Below are positions 26,678 through 40,482 of a DNA stretch of 64,000 bases, piece by piece (position 1 is the first letter of the stretch; each line of letters opens with the position of its first letter). The position numbers were made by a program, and so were the translations under genes. The notes beneath the pieces were generated by a model, which was given only the letters and a program-made list of their open reading frames with translations, made no database searches and was not told the DNA's origin. The stretch is from positions 13,330,001 to 13,394,000 of the forward strand of contig NC_092674.1 in NCBI RefSeq assembly GCF_964355755.1, in the 5' to 3' direction. Source of the stretch: Antedon mediterranea. Taxonomy: Eukaryota > Animalia > Echinodermata.

Positions 26678-28490
26678 TAACGTCTGCCTTTATTCCATTA
26701 ATCACACATATTGTTAATAAGTCTCTTGAAAGTGGTTCTTTCCCAGAGTCTCTAAAAGTCACCCATGTTTGACCCAAATTGAAAAAAACAGGTCTAGATC
26801 CCGAGAATCTGAAAAACTACAGACCTATCTCGAATCTTAGTTTTTTAGGAAAAATAATTGAGAAGGTCGTTTCTAAACGGATTTTGTCGCATGTACAAAA
26901 ATATGGCCTACTTGATCCGTATCAATCTGCCTACAAAGCGCATCACAGTACTGAAACGGCATTACTTCGTGTAAATAATGACATCCTACGTGGAATGGAT
27001 GATGGAAAGCTAACTGCTCTAGTATTATTATATTTAAGTGCAGCATTTGATACGGTTGATCATTCTGTGTTGCTAAATAGACTCAGTACTTATATTGGTA
27101 TTGAAGGAAATGCACTTGATTGGTGTCGGTCATATTTGGAAAAACGACCTCAACACGTATGTATTAATGGTGATGCTATTTCAAAAGCTTCTTTTCTAAA
27201 CTTTTCGGTCCCACAAGGATCTGTTCTTGGGCCGCAATGGTTTACTTTTTATTTACACCCGATACGGGATATCATAAGTAAATATGATCTGTGCTATCAT
27301 GTTTATGCTGATGATACTCAGATTTATATTTCTTTTAAACCTACTATGAAACACAGTGACATTTCTTTGGAATTGCTCCAACATTGTATCTATGAATTGC
27401 GTGTCTGGATGAAAAACAACTTTCTTAAATTAAATGATGAAACAACAGAATGTGTTCTCTTTGGATCAAAACAGCAGTTGGAAAAACTGCCACCAAGCTT
27501 TATTCACATTGGTGAAACCAAAATTGACCCGGCTAGGCAGGTTAGAAATCTTGGGGTTGAAATGGATGTGGGTATGACTATGATTTCTCATATCTCAAAA
27601 ACTATTTCTGCGTCGTCTTTTCACTTGCGAAACATTCGAAGGATTCGCAAGTTTATAAATGATACAGCAGCTAAACAACTTGTTCATGCTTTTGTCACTT
27701 CACGACTGGATATGGGAAACTCTTTGCTATACGGGCTACCACAAAAACAACTCCACAGGCTCCAACTGATTCAAAATACAGCGGCACGAGTTGATAAAAA
27801 ATTACCAAGATATGGACACATCAAATACTTTCGAAATATTGCATTGGCTCCCTGTTAGGTACCGCATTGTTTTTAAAATATTACTTTTTGTTTTTAAGTC
27901 TATAGATGGCATGGCTCCTGAATATATTTCTGACATGCTTAGGCTGTATGTTCCCGGACGTAATCTGCGTTCTAGTGACTCGCTGCTTCTACATCAGCCT
28001 AAGTCTCACCACTCATGGGGTGACAGAGCATTCTCCGTTACTGCTCCTCGTCTGTGGAATGCTCTACCGAGCTCTATAAGATTTTGCAAAACTGTTGATA
28101 CTTTTAAAAAATTATTAAAAACACATTTATTCATTAAGGCATATGGAAATCATGAGGTTTCTTAAATTTTTTTAGACTTAGAATTGTTTTGTATACCTTT
28201 TCCTGGCCAGCATTATCTTTGGGGTGCCTCTGTCTTGGTTGTTGTCTCTGAGCACCCGGTCGTCTGTGGCAAGGCAAATGTGTATCCTGCTCCTTTGTTT
28301 GGTCAACTAGGTAGGGGTCCGGGACCACGACAGAACGACAACGGATGGGGACCCTCCAAAGAAATTGCATTTTATTTGTCAGGAATGTGTATGATTTATT
28401 TCTTTTTTATTTTTAAATGCGCCTTGAGCACTCTGGAGTGGTATGTGCGCTATAAAAATCTTATTATTATTATTATTATTAATAATTTAT
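26678..28490 (+). mobile_element. 5'-truncated L2-clade LINE, mildly decayed, with (TTA)n tail
   Basis: NYRPISNL, LSAAFDTVDH, VPQGSVLGP, YADDTQ, HAFVTSRLD, LHWLPV motifs; frameshift near 27800; empty site at about 10433 in copy A. Confidence 0.92.
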
Positions 28491-28511
28491 TTTGTATGGT
28501 AAATACACATA

Positions 28512-29323
28512 CGCCCGTATTCTTAAACCGGACTTTAGTCGTAGTTCAAGCTAAAACTTGATGAATGACATCATTTTAATTCATAAACCAAACTAAATCG
28601 GGCCAACCTCGACTAAATCGAGACGGATTTTGATAGATTTTTTTAGTCCTCAAGGGGGCAGGCTAAATCGCCGACTAAATAGTATTTAAACGAGGTTTAT
28701 AAAAAATATAACAGTCATTGAGTTGTTATATTGGCCAGATATTGCAGAATGAAATATCTATTTTTATATTAGCTGAATTAAATATGCATTGGTATAATGT
28801 TGATGCAAATCATGTTTATTTACAACTGTATACAAATTACATAATTTTCTTCGCGCAAGTCACCGATGGAACGTTTATAGCGCTTTCTTGTCACGCTATG
28901 AAGTACGTGATTCGTCGCGATAATACTTTGTTGGAGGCCTAAAATATGGAAGTTTTTGTTTGTTGTTAATAAAAAGTACTTTACTTTTAAATTAATACTG
29001 ATCTTGTTTCAATAATAAACAATTAACATTATTTTTCCTGTACAGTCCTGATGCGTAAAAAGTTTTGTTATAACAAAATGGAAAGTGATATTAATGCGCA
29101 AAATTTCGTCTTTTATCATTGGCCAATTTAAATTTATAATATTTATTAAAATAGCCTTTGTTACCCAGACGTGTGAAACTCGACTAAAGCTCGACTTCAT
29201 TAAGTCGAACTGCAAACTTGGACAACTTCTTTTATGAATCAAATTTGAAGTATTAGCTCGAACTAGTACATTTGGAGTCGAAGTTCGAACTACGACTAAA
29301 TTTCGGTTTAAGAATAACCGACG
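28512..29323. mobile_element. MITE, paralog of 10459-11269
   Basis: Same TIRs and interior at the same position within the duplicated block. Confidence 0.75.
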
Positions 29324-31345
29324 TAAATGGCTATTTAAATTATATGGAGTAGGGAAATATATTATAAAGAGCGTTTACCTTGGCAATAAGCAATTCAAAG
29401 TTGGATATTTTAAATGTGAACGTACCGTAATCGGTGATACCATACGAAACACACATTTAGCTTTGATTAAATTTAATTCAATAGTTTGGAGTCATTTTAT
29501 AACAAATAATTTCCAGGCTTCGAATTGTATTCGATTAATAATTCAACGTGTCTGTATTATTTGTTCATGTCGACATGTATACTGTTGTACACACAGCCTT
29601 GCCTACACTTATTTATTTACGCCGAAACTTCACTACAGTTCAGTAGAACCTCTCCTTTAGAACACCCTATTCAGGGAACGAGAACTCTGAATGCCAAAAG
29701 AAACAACACTACAAAAGCAAACAGAAAAATGACTAAATATCCATCATTATTAATACTTTGGTACTTTCTCTGGGACGAAATTTTGTATTTTCAATTCTTC
29801 TAGATTTATTCAGTCAGTCCAGATCAATTATTAGGAGACAATTTTCAAAAGTGAGGTTTCAAAGGTGACCTTTTATTAGGTGTTCTTTGTATTCTAAAAC
29901 CACCTGCGGGCGCGACCTAGATTGTACGCGAGCGAATTGAGCAATGCATCTAGTATTATTAAATATCGTCAACAAAATGATAATGTTACTATTGGACAAG
30001 TGGTGGCCAATATAAACATAATAATAACCACCAAATATAATTGTTATTATTGTTACTCACTCTACACAAAGACAATTCCTAAACGAATCGTATAGAGCAA
30101 AAGACAAGCAATGCACCAAACGTTGCCACTTTTAAGAATAAATTGAACAAAATTAACAATTAATTTCGTAAAATCATATTTTGTCATTGTTTACTCTTTT
30201 TGGAAGTCAGCAATACTGATACAGATATATGTAACTTGTATTGTCATACTTTTGTGACGTCTTTTTTGGTACACAATACTTAGTTGCATATTTTCCACTT
30301 GTGGGTTGGTTTAAATAGACGAGGTATTTGTAAAAGGAAAAGTTAGGTTGTGCTCAACGAATGAATAAAGTGAACGGTACCAAGTAAGATGTGTTGTGTA
30401 TTTATATTCTAAGCATAACAATATAAGTACTTTATTACTTGTCTCGCTGTTTGCGTTTTTTCACGTTCGAACACGGTATCGTTGACCTAAACGCAACTCT
30501 ATTAAACTGTTTACCGAGTGTCGCACTGATTGCAACACACTGCGTTGATTGCAAGGTAGCGAACGCCGCCAAGATAATGTAATGTATATTGGCGCAATGT
30601 TCTTAATACCGGGAGTGTGCAATTTAGTGTTTACATTTTGTTGGTAAGTAAGTTTGTGGAGCACATGCTAAGGAAGTTAATAATTTTCTTTTCTTTTAGT
30701 TTTAAACTTTTAAATTTATAATTCGCATTCAATTATCGTACGAAGGAAGACAAATTAAATCCACCACTTTTAAACAAGATGATTAGAACAGAGGTAAAAT
30801 CAACAAAATAATTCTTAAATTATCAATATGTCGGGGAATAAACCCCGACAAATCGTTATAAAACTAGTGTTTTAACCTATGTGTGGTTAGGCCTACATTA
30901 CAAAATTATAATGGAAACCGAATACATTTTCGTCGCAACAGCGATGATTCAACTACAGTAATTGTTGTAAATAGGGGGGGGGGGTGCAAAATTGATAGAT
31001 TAGCTTTTTTCACTTGGCATGCTCTCTTCATTGTTCTTCTAATTCATTTATTCGTTTAAAAAATAAAACAAAAAAATAATATTGTTTGTTTAGTTCAAGC
31101 AAGTTTTACCATTGAAATCTTACCTTTTAATGTATATCTCAATTATAACAATTTTATATATTTTCTTTTTACAAAATTGCTTCAATCGAGTTAAATTTTT
31201 TACTGAACCTTTTGAATTGGCGAGTTATGAATGTTTGCATATTATATTATTTTTATGGTAAATATACACTTTAGTTTGCTGAGATAAGTATATACAATTT
31301 CCAGATATATTAATAGGTAAAATTAAAATATACTTTATTACTTAC

Positions 31346-31444
31346 GTTAGCTTGAAGATTAACATCAGCACCCGACGCAATCAACTTCTGGCAAACAGTG
31401 ACATTGTTGTAATAAGCCCCCCAAAACAATGCCGTGTGACCATG
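31346..31444 (-). CDS. Ankyrin-repeat exon, 99 bp, phase 0-0 (HGHTALFWGAYYNNVTVCQKLIASGADVNLQAN)
   Basis: 33 codons with GxTAL...GADVN consensus; TAG acceptor and GTAAGT donor; not shown in the ORF track. Confidence 0.88.
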
Positions 31445-33881
31445 CTATTAAAAATTTAAAAAACAAAATAACTGCAACAATTATCTTTTTCAAACACCAA
31501 TTATTGAAGATTAATCGTGTTAAATTCAATGTTTTGTACTCTTTTATCATCACTAGAGAACAATTGTTTTTTAAATAATCATTATTAATGACTAAATTTA
31601 CTATGTGTTTTAAAATGGAAAATTATTTTGTGTGTGATAGACCCATTTGTTTGGTTTTTGCATCTATATTATTTGCTCTGAAGTCAATACATAAATTTGA
31701 ATTCATTTGTCATAGTTTTTATTTATTTTAAGAAAAGTGAGCATAATAAAATATTAAAAAATAATAATTGGGGATAGACTATAGGCAGGTAATTCAGCTG
31801 CTTAAATTGCAAACGATAAAACTGAATTCTCGTCCAAAAACTATTTGCTATTTTATAGAGTTGTTTCAGTTAAATACGTCTCTGAGAAAAAGAAGAATGA
31901 TTCACTTACAAAAAGACAACATAACAGTTACATTCAAGTAAAAATCCATTGGTTGTCAGTCGATTTGACTACTTTTTTCTTTAAATTTTACAGTTTTTCA
32001 GGTAAATGATAATTTGTTTGGTCAAATTATTGACCAAAATAACTAAATAGTATGTGACATTAAAATGCCATACAACAAAAAAGTTAATTTTTTCAGGTGG
32101 AAAATATAAATTTAATTTATGAGATTGTTTAGACTGTGAGTAAATTATAATTGGCAAAATATATGTATATGTAGATTCTTACTTTATGTAAATGCATGTG
32201 GTACGGTACTTATTTGTTATCACATAAAGAAGTTGAAACACAATACTATAAGGATGCTTAGTCATGTGTACTGTATCTCTGTTTACAATGATTGTTTTTA
32301 AATGCTAAATTATTGAAAACAATCTTAATGTTAATCGGCAAACAAATACTTATTGTATAAAATATGATTTGAATTGCTAGGATATTCGTTTATTCAAAGG
32401 ATGTAAATGAAGGAAATATTCCAAATATTATTTCATAATGTTTAATCATTTTGTTTTCTTTTAGCTTTTTCTTTTTATTAATATATTATATACATAATTA
32501 GAAATGTCCAAAGCATCTCCTGCCATCAGAAGCGATGGACTGTTTGTGTAACTTTGATTTTTCCATCTCAGTTGATGGACTCTTGACATACATTTTGTAT
32601 TTACAGTGTAAAGACGATACGAGATATATTTTAGCATGCCTGCTACAGAAACATGAGCCCATGTATGGAAAGTCAAGTTTAGTATTATACACCTAGATTG
32701 TAAAGCTGTCCTGCTGATTTTTTCTTTGAAGGTACAGTATTCCTTGAATGCAATAAAGTCAGATCAATTAGTAAATCGAATTGAAAAAAGATAGATGTGA
32801 AAGAAATATGTGATACTGTGGTATACTGTGTGTTTAGTTACTGATTTTTATAGCACCTATTGTTATACTGTAGATTTCTCCCTATTGTATGAAGTATTTG
32901 CAGCATAGCACATGAAGTCCCTGAATTATTGAATGTAGTAGACAATAAAAGCAAGGGAATTATCAATCAAGCATCGTATCCATTCAGTTCCAGAAACAAA
33001 CATGCTGCAAACGACAGATCCAAGTAAAGTCACAGTTTAACTTTATTAAGATTATAAGCAGTTTACTTCATTGTATATTTTGGATTTGTATTAAGATATA
33101 ATATATTAGCTATGCTATTTTTATAATGTTAATATCGTCCCATAATACGTAGACTATTTGTTTAAAGTATGTATCATCAAAGAATTTAAACATGGATAGC
33201 TTTTGGAGGTTCATCCGGGAGATTTATTTTAATATAAAAATAATTGTCATTGATTTGTTCTACTTGTTTATATGTTTATGTTTATTGTTATACAGTAAGC
33301 GTTCTTATAATGTGTGCATGTGGCAAATGGTTTAGTTTAAATTCGTGTTGGTTTGTCATTATTGCTGAAATCATGTAAGTACTTTTTTTCTCTAATAATT
33401 ACAGAACGATAAATAATGAACATTGTAATTGTTCATGATTTATTGAAATTTGTAATTTGAAAATTAATCCATTTATTATATAGATTGCTGGAAGTTTTAT
33501 TTGAAATATTGAATATTACATATATTATATACTTTATTTGATTGATCACTTAATTGCAGAAAAACAATTCCATTTCAATTCCAAAGAATACTTGGAAGAA
33601 AACGAAAACTCACACTAAAATGTTATGTTTTCCCATTGAGTATATTTAAATTATTTATTATTATTTTCATATTATTTTTGTTGTTATTTTCCGTCTTATC
33701 TGCATCATTGTTTGCATTTATATTCGTATTTGTATTTTACTGCACATATGACAAACAATGTGTATCTACATGATATTACACATTCTGAGGTCAATATGTT
33801 AATACATTATATATAATATGTTGGTATTTGTAATATTATTATTTACATAGAAAATAAATCGTAATTGATTTGTAGGCCTAC

Positions 33882-33959
33882 CTGGTCCTGAATGTTTACG
33901 CTCTTTGTATTTATAATATGGGTACATATACCAATCTCAGTCTTTGCATTTTCCGGAAT
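33882..33959 (-). CDS. Ankyrin-gene exon, 78 bp, phase 0-0 (IPENAKTEIGICTHIINTKSVNIQDQ)
   Basis: TTTTTATAG acceptor and CAG|GTAGG donor; ends VNIQDQ, which joins HGHTAL of the next exon to complete the ankyrin hairpin consensus. Confidence 0.65.
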
Positions 33960-34283
33960 CTATAAAAATATGAACCGATAATGCTATTAATATAAACCCA
34001 ACTGTTTATGTAATTTAATGACATACATTGATATTATTGTTACACACAAGATCAGAATATTCTAGTTTGTAAATCGTTGATCATAGCGATGACGATGATG
34101 ATAATGATTAAATTAAATAAATTGTGAAAACTAACAGAAAAAGTTGTTGTTGAAGCTAATTCAATAAGTAAATATAATATTCTGTACAAAGATGGAAGGT
34201 ACTACTCTTTTTACGTTTCAACATAATCAAGGTAAAATACTAATATGATTTTTGTCAGTAGTTGCATTAGTAAAATCACCTAC

Positions 34284-34334
34284 CTTCAGGCTATTGTCAG
34301 CACATAGTTCTATAAGACATTGTTTAAGATCCAT
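34284..34334 (-). CDS. Probable first coding exon of the ankyrin gene (MDLKQCLIELCADNSLK); exon spans 34284-34355
   Basis: Polypyrimidine tract plus TAG acceptor, in-frame upstream stop, ATG at 34334, AAG|GTAGGT phase-0 donor. Confidence 0.5.
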
Positions 34335-34803
34335 TTGAAGTTGCTATACCGTGTTCTAGCAAAACATAAAAGAAGTGGTTAACGATGGACATTAAAAAAA
34401 TGGTTGTAAATGCAAACATGGTGTCCACTAATTAAACAAAAATTAGCAAAGTAAATCATTATAACCGATTTGGTTAATTAACGATATCGAAGTACAATAC
34501 AATTCATAATTGTTGTGGACATACATTTCTCCCCACTAATTCACAGAACAAAGTTGTTTTTTTTCAATAAAGGTGAATGTGTCATTGACATCTAATTTTA
34601 ATATTGTTCTTCTTTGATTGCAAGTGAATGCATATCTATTCATTTTTATAGTTTTTTATGGTATGAAAATATCAATCAATATTTTATGTTGAAATTGATT
34701 GCTTTTGTCATGGACATACATTTCTCCACCACTAATTCACAGAACAAAGTTTTTTTTTCAATAAAGGTGAATGTGCCAGTGACATCTAATTTTAATACTG
34801 TAA

Positions 34804-35098
34804 GGGCGTGTGGCGCCGTGTGTTGGACGTTGGACTACCGATCGTCAGACCTAGGTTCGAATCCAACTCTCGCCGCATTGCTTGTATCCGTAGGCAAGAT
34901 ACTTTACTTACGTTGCCTCTCTCCACCCAGTTTGATCTAGACACAACTTTGCGCTGGTTACCGGCTGCATTATGGGAGTATGTTTCCATACGTGTTTGAT
35001 CCCCCCAAAAAAATACTGGGGTAATAATGCTTGTTAAGCGCTTTTTAGCATGATTACTCATGAAAAGGGCGCTATATGAATGTGGTATTATTTTTATA
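34804..35098 (+). mobile_element. tRNA-derived SINE with conserved central domain and L2-like tail
   Basis: A box TGGCGCCGTGTG, B box GGTTCGAATCC, core GGCAAGATACTTTAC..TTGCCTCTCTCCACCCAG, tail GCGC..GCGCTATATGAAT(TA)n; sits in the second copy of a ~194 bp tandem duplication starting near 34517. Confidence 0.8.
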
Positions 35099-36684
35099 TA
35101 TTCTTCTTTGATTGCAAGTGAATGCATCGTCTATTCATTTGTATATTCATTTATCGTATAAAAATATCAATCAATAGTTTATGTTGAAATTGATTGATTT
35201 TGCATTAATTATTAACATTAACATAAATACAAGTAAAAAGAATTATTCACTTTGAAAAAAAAGAATATTAAATGACATTATTTAATTAAATTTAAAAATA
35301 AATTATTATTCAAAAAAATTCAAAAATTACCACAAAAATGTGCTACATTATCTATAAAAATCTATTATTTCCAACTATTTTACATTCCTACCTAAAGTTG
35401 ATGCGTAAATATTTTTAAATATTCATGTGATAAATTTTCTACTTGCATAAGTATACCTACATATATCTAGATTTATAAAGCAAACATATAAAAAAAATGT
35501 ACACAAAGTTTATTACTGCCACTAATAAAAGCAAGCAAGAATACTTGAACTGAAATAGGAAGAATATTATGTTCATGAAATGAAAGTTTGACAGTTCTAT
35601 AACGAGGCGGGGCCGGCTGAGTATAGAAAAGAAATCAATCTTCTAAGGACTATTCTCTCCGTTCAAATAATATAAAATATTCATTGTTAGGTTAAATGTT
35701 AGTTATACAATGTACGATTACATAATTAAAATAGGAGACATTTAAAATATATATAATTTCATTTTTTTTAAATATATTTTAATGAATGCATGTTAGAAGA
35801 AAGGAATTGATTCTAAATAGGCTGCTGCCTGTTTTTTTTTTTTTGTGGTTAAAATTGAATAGTTCCTTATTATTAGCAAATCCACGTATGATGTATGACG
35901 TCTCATCCATACTTTATTTGATTTTATGTTGTGGGTATCCACTTTTAATATTTTCATATCTATTGTACACAATACACATTACATATGTTGAGTTTTATTT
36001 TACTAGTTGTAATCAATATGTTTGTATTTCTTTGACATATTTTACACAGAGGCGTCAAACATGGTAAATTTTAGCTACAGAAAATATATTAAACTATTAT
36101 AACAAAACACCAAATGGTTAAAAATGATATTGTATTTTTATACGTACAAAAAGAGTTGCTGTTAAGCCAATCATGGTTCAGTTTTATATAGTTGTAATAA
36201 TTCAACCCTCTGATTAATAATGGATCGATCCATTTAGCGGTCTTTACTAGATAACTAGTTTCTATAGTAGTCGTGAGTGTTAACACTCGTTTCAATTGGC
36301 AACTTTCAGTCAAATAATTAGATAGTACTTATCTGTTTTTTTTTACAGCTAGACCATTTTAATTGTATGTATATGTGTCTGTTGTACTCAACTAGGGTTA
36401 TCTTATACTTATAATTATATTATACTTTGCCAACTTACCAACTATTGCTACTGGACTTTGAACAAATTTTCCCGATCCACTCTCGATTCAACCGATTCGT
36501 AGCTGTTTACCGTACCTGCACTCCTTTGTCTATTTTCATATAGGTATTTATAATAACAATATGTATACTTAAAGTTAGCACAATAATGGCACAAAAACCT
36601 TTCCACGGTCTAATGATCCTTTTTATATAGATGATCAAGTCATTGTGTATAATTTCAATTCATAGTTTCAGTCATTCAATTCTA

Positions 36685-38022
36685 CTAGAGGGTGAGCTCG
36701 CTTCGCTCGCTCCCCCTCTAGGAAGTGTAGACGATGGTTCTCGGAATGATAATGTTCTCCTTATACATTTTCTGTCGGTTACCATTATTGAAAATGCTTG
36801 ACATTCGTAAAACTAAACTACTTTGTTTCACAGTGTTTTAGATGATTAATAACATTTTAAAGTATAGTTTTTATTGTTTGGTAGGGCCCTTTGGGGAGGC
36901 GGAGGTCATTTGAGGGAGGTGCTTATTCGAGGGATATATGTTAAATTTTTTAGTTTTAATAATATGGTAACATTTATAATCAAATGAAATCCTCTCATAG
37001 ATATGAAAAGTGGTAAAAAAGAATAACAAATGCTTGGTAAATTGCAGATAACAGTGCGGTGAATTCTACTACAAATAGTATAATTGTGTTATTATAAATA
37101 TGTGGATGGAAGTTTATTAGATAGTTGGGTTGTGGGGTGGGGGGGGGGGGTTATTATTCAAAGTGATGTTTTATTGGAGAGGCGTTTATTCAAATGAATA
37201 CCATCCTAATAATTATTAATACATTATTTAATTTAATCATCTTTTGAAACTAACTGCCGTGACAGAGTGGGCCCAAGAAAGAAGACATTACGGCTTGCAA
37301 CATGGGCAGACACCCGGGCAGACATCTCGGTCCTAACGGGACACAGGAAGATAGCCTACAGTTATTCCTGCAAGCTTACTCAATAAAACTCAGCTATCGG
37401 GATTTCACTCGAAAAATGTCTTATCAAATCTCCCTATGTAATTTTATAATACTATTCCCCACAATATATTCTGATTCTTTATGGCGTATATTTAATTTGA
37501 TCTTTATTAATTTGCAGTATAATTCCTATTATTTAACTACTGTACCTTCACACACGTGTGGTATGTTTTAAAATAAACAAAAAACTGAAATGGCTATGAT
37601 TAATGGCCAATTTTTTTTTCGTCTTCCAAAGGGACACTGTATTGATTGATGGAAAGTGCCTGTTTCCAGTCACCTTTAGGGTCAAATCTATTATTTTAAC
37701 TGCTCCCTTGTGTATAAAAGAGAGAAAATATTTGAAACTAAGGTGAACTTATCTTAAACCCGGAAATTACTTTGACCGGGAAGAATTGAAATTGAGAGGA
37801 AAATCCAATGTTGAAATCATAAATGTTGTTAAAAAACTCTTTATAATATCTTCCTAAGATATAAATATGGAACAATAGCGTCGGCGTGCACACTAATGTT
37901 ATCAAATCTACGTTTCGCGGTACATATCGGATAGATAAGGTAGGTATCCAAGGCGGAGATTTGTAGAGAAGTTTTTGCATTGTGCTCGCCTATGTCAGAA
38001 TTAACCATAATTTATATATAGA
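36685..38022 (-). mobile_element. Non-autonomous Helitron, copy 3
   Basis: Reverse complement of copy 1 without the LINE; empty sites CAATTCTA|TATAACC near 40423 and 48325 show precise A|T insertion with no TSD. Confidence 0.93.
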
Positions 38023-40482
38023 TATAACCCCAGAAGTAGTCATGTATCAGAATATATAACCTGTACCCAATATAGTATACTCTTAGTGTGATAAAAACCT
38101 AACGTACTCAATAGGTAAATTAATTTTTTATATGTATAATATGAAATTAAAACTCAGAGGAATATAGGAAAATAGGTAACAAAATATTACGATTGTGTAA
38201 ATCTTTGTTGAATTCATGTATTAAGACAGTAGGATATATTATGGATACGTTTAGAATGAAAAGAAACTGTTGGAAAGAAAAGAGAACGCATGTACAATAT
38301 ATAATATATGTCATTAATTGACACTATTTCAAGAAACAAGAATAATAATACTACAGAACAATATTCTAACGTTATAAATAATCTAACAAGTCACACATTT
38401 TTATTCAGCTTTTACTGACCAATGTATAAAACCTGTAAACAGAGGGCGCCATTTCATTTGCAGCCAAGTCTATTATGCAACGTTGAAAAATAAAGTAATT
38501 AGGTAAATTGTGGAATTTGGGGGCAAAATTAATCCCCAGAATTATTCCAGCCAAATGAGCGAATAACATGAGTAACATATGAGTAGCGCATGTGTTGAAG
38601 TTAGGTGTTGGATGACGAAGAGGATGGCTGGGTGGGAAGATTGAAAAATGTGTACTGTTGGACGGTTAATTTAAGAATACAGTGTGCTAGTATGCATCTT
38701 AGTAAACAACTAAAAACACTCTGCATTCCCATTAATTGCCACTTAGAAATTAGCCTATCCTACATTTTTTGCCAATTAGAAATTAGCCTATCCTACATGT
38801 TTGTGTTCCACTCAATTCCAAACTATTCTATAATTTCCTAACCAAGACCTGATCGTATATGAGGCATCGTCGCGATTTATGCCAATGGATGACTCTTCGA
38901 ATATGAAACGTGCTGAAAATATTGAAGTTCCACACCAACTAGAAGTCATTTGGTATTACATTTTTACCATATTTAATTATTTAAGGTGATTCTAGCTAGT
39001 CTAGGCCTAGCTTCTAGGTGAAAAGGACGCTCTATTTAGGTTTTCACTTAATAGGCCTAAGAAGTAAAATAATGTGTTCAAAATAAAATAAATGCCTAAA
39101 CTCTAAAGAAGCAACCAACTGTTCAATAATTGTCATTGTATATTCGACGTCAAGGGATGGGGCTTACTTTTTGAGACCACTTGAGAGAAATATACTGATA
39201 TTTTAAGTTGTACAACAGTTGATAGATGACATATTCTATATAATATTATTATCTTTCTGTTTTTGCAAAATCCGTAATACAAATTGGGGGAAACCCGGTA
39301 TTTTCGCAGAAATGACTTCTTCTGTTTATTTTGGTCTTCATGATCGATTGAAAGTAGGTGAATCAAAGAAGAAAAACTAAAGAATCAATCCGCCCGCAAT
39401 GCATGTTAGGATAGCGGGCCGCTAATACTATTAGAATATACTTATTTTTTATCCATTTTTAACCGTTCAAAGACGAAAAATGTTATCGCGATGGGACCAT
39501 AATATAGTATTTATTTTTACATTAAATGTAATTTATGACCTTAAATTAAATTTTAAAAACGTAGGGAATGGGAAAATGTATTATAATATGAATAAACTTC
39601 AAACAGTTATGTACTACTAGTTTCAGTAGTAACCAGCTTTTTTAAAAAGGTTATATTTTATTTTCAGATTTTTGTCACTTGCATTCTTATAATACTATAT
39701 ACGTCTCCGACTGTTACAAATCTGATAACAAATTTAATAGTCCAAATATGTCAATTCAAAATACACTTCTTATCTTTAACCAAACTTTGAAGCATTTTAT
39801 ATCTGTTGGTTAGGGTCACTTTTTGTGGAAAATGGATACTGATGCTAATAGTGGAACGTTATTATTACTGTAATAAACTCTAACTTATATCAGTAATAAT
39901 AATGCAATGAAATATTTATAAAAAGGTATACATTTTTTTTCAACCCTCTGATTAATAATGGATCAATCCATTTAGCGGTCTTATTATCAGAAACTAGTTT
40001 CTATAGTCCTGAGTGTTAACACTCGTTTCATTTGGCAATAAAATATTTCAGTAAAATAAATAGATAGTACTTATCTGTTTTCATTTACAGATAGACCATT
40101 TTAATTGTCTGTCTATGTGGTTGGTTTGTACTTATAATTATTATATATTGCCAACTTACCAAACTATTGCTACTGGACTTGAAAAATCTCTAAGAACTGA
40201 ACAGAATTTCCCGAACCACTCCCAATTCAACAAATTCGTAGCTGTTTACAGTACCTGCACTCCTTTGTCTGTTTTCATATTAGTATTTATAATAACAATA
40301 TGTATGCTTAAATTTAGCACAATAATGGCACAAAAACCTTTCCACGGTATAATGGAACTTTTTATATAGATGCACAAATCATTGAGTAGAATTTCAATTC
40401 AAATTTACAGTCATTCAATTCTATATAACCCCAGAAGTAGTCATGTATCATAATATCCTGTACCCAATATAGTATACTCTAA

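Larger units (their letters stand above)
25690..31240 (+). repeat. Segmental duplication, copy B (paralog of 5401-13295)
   Basis: Collinear near-identity; lacks the 6106-10027 insert and carries its own L2 insertion. Confidence 0.92.

Noticed and set aside
31640-31990. Additional minus-strand ankyrin-gene exons (ANNIDAKTK; MDFYLNVTVMLSF)
   Set aside because: Splice phases are incompatible with the phase-0 exon chain and the donors are weak
32500-33025. Plus-strand exon-like open stretches
   Set aside because: In-frame stops, no recognisable motif and no consistent splice phases
34804-34880. tRNA gene
   Set aside because: Continues into a SINE core and LINE-like tail; the cloverleaf is poor
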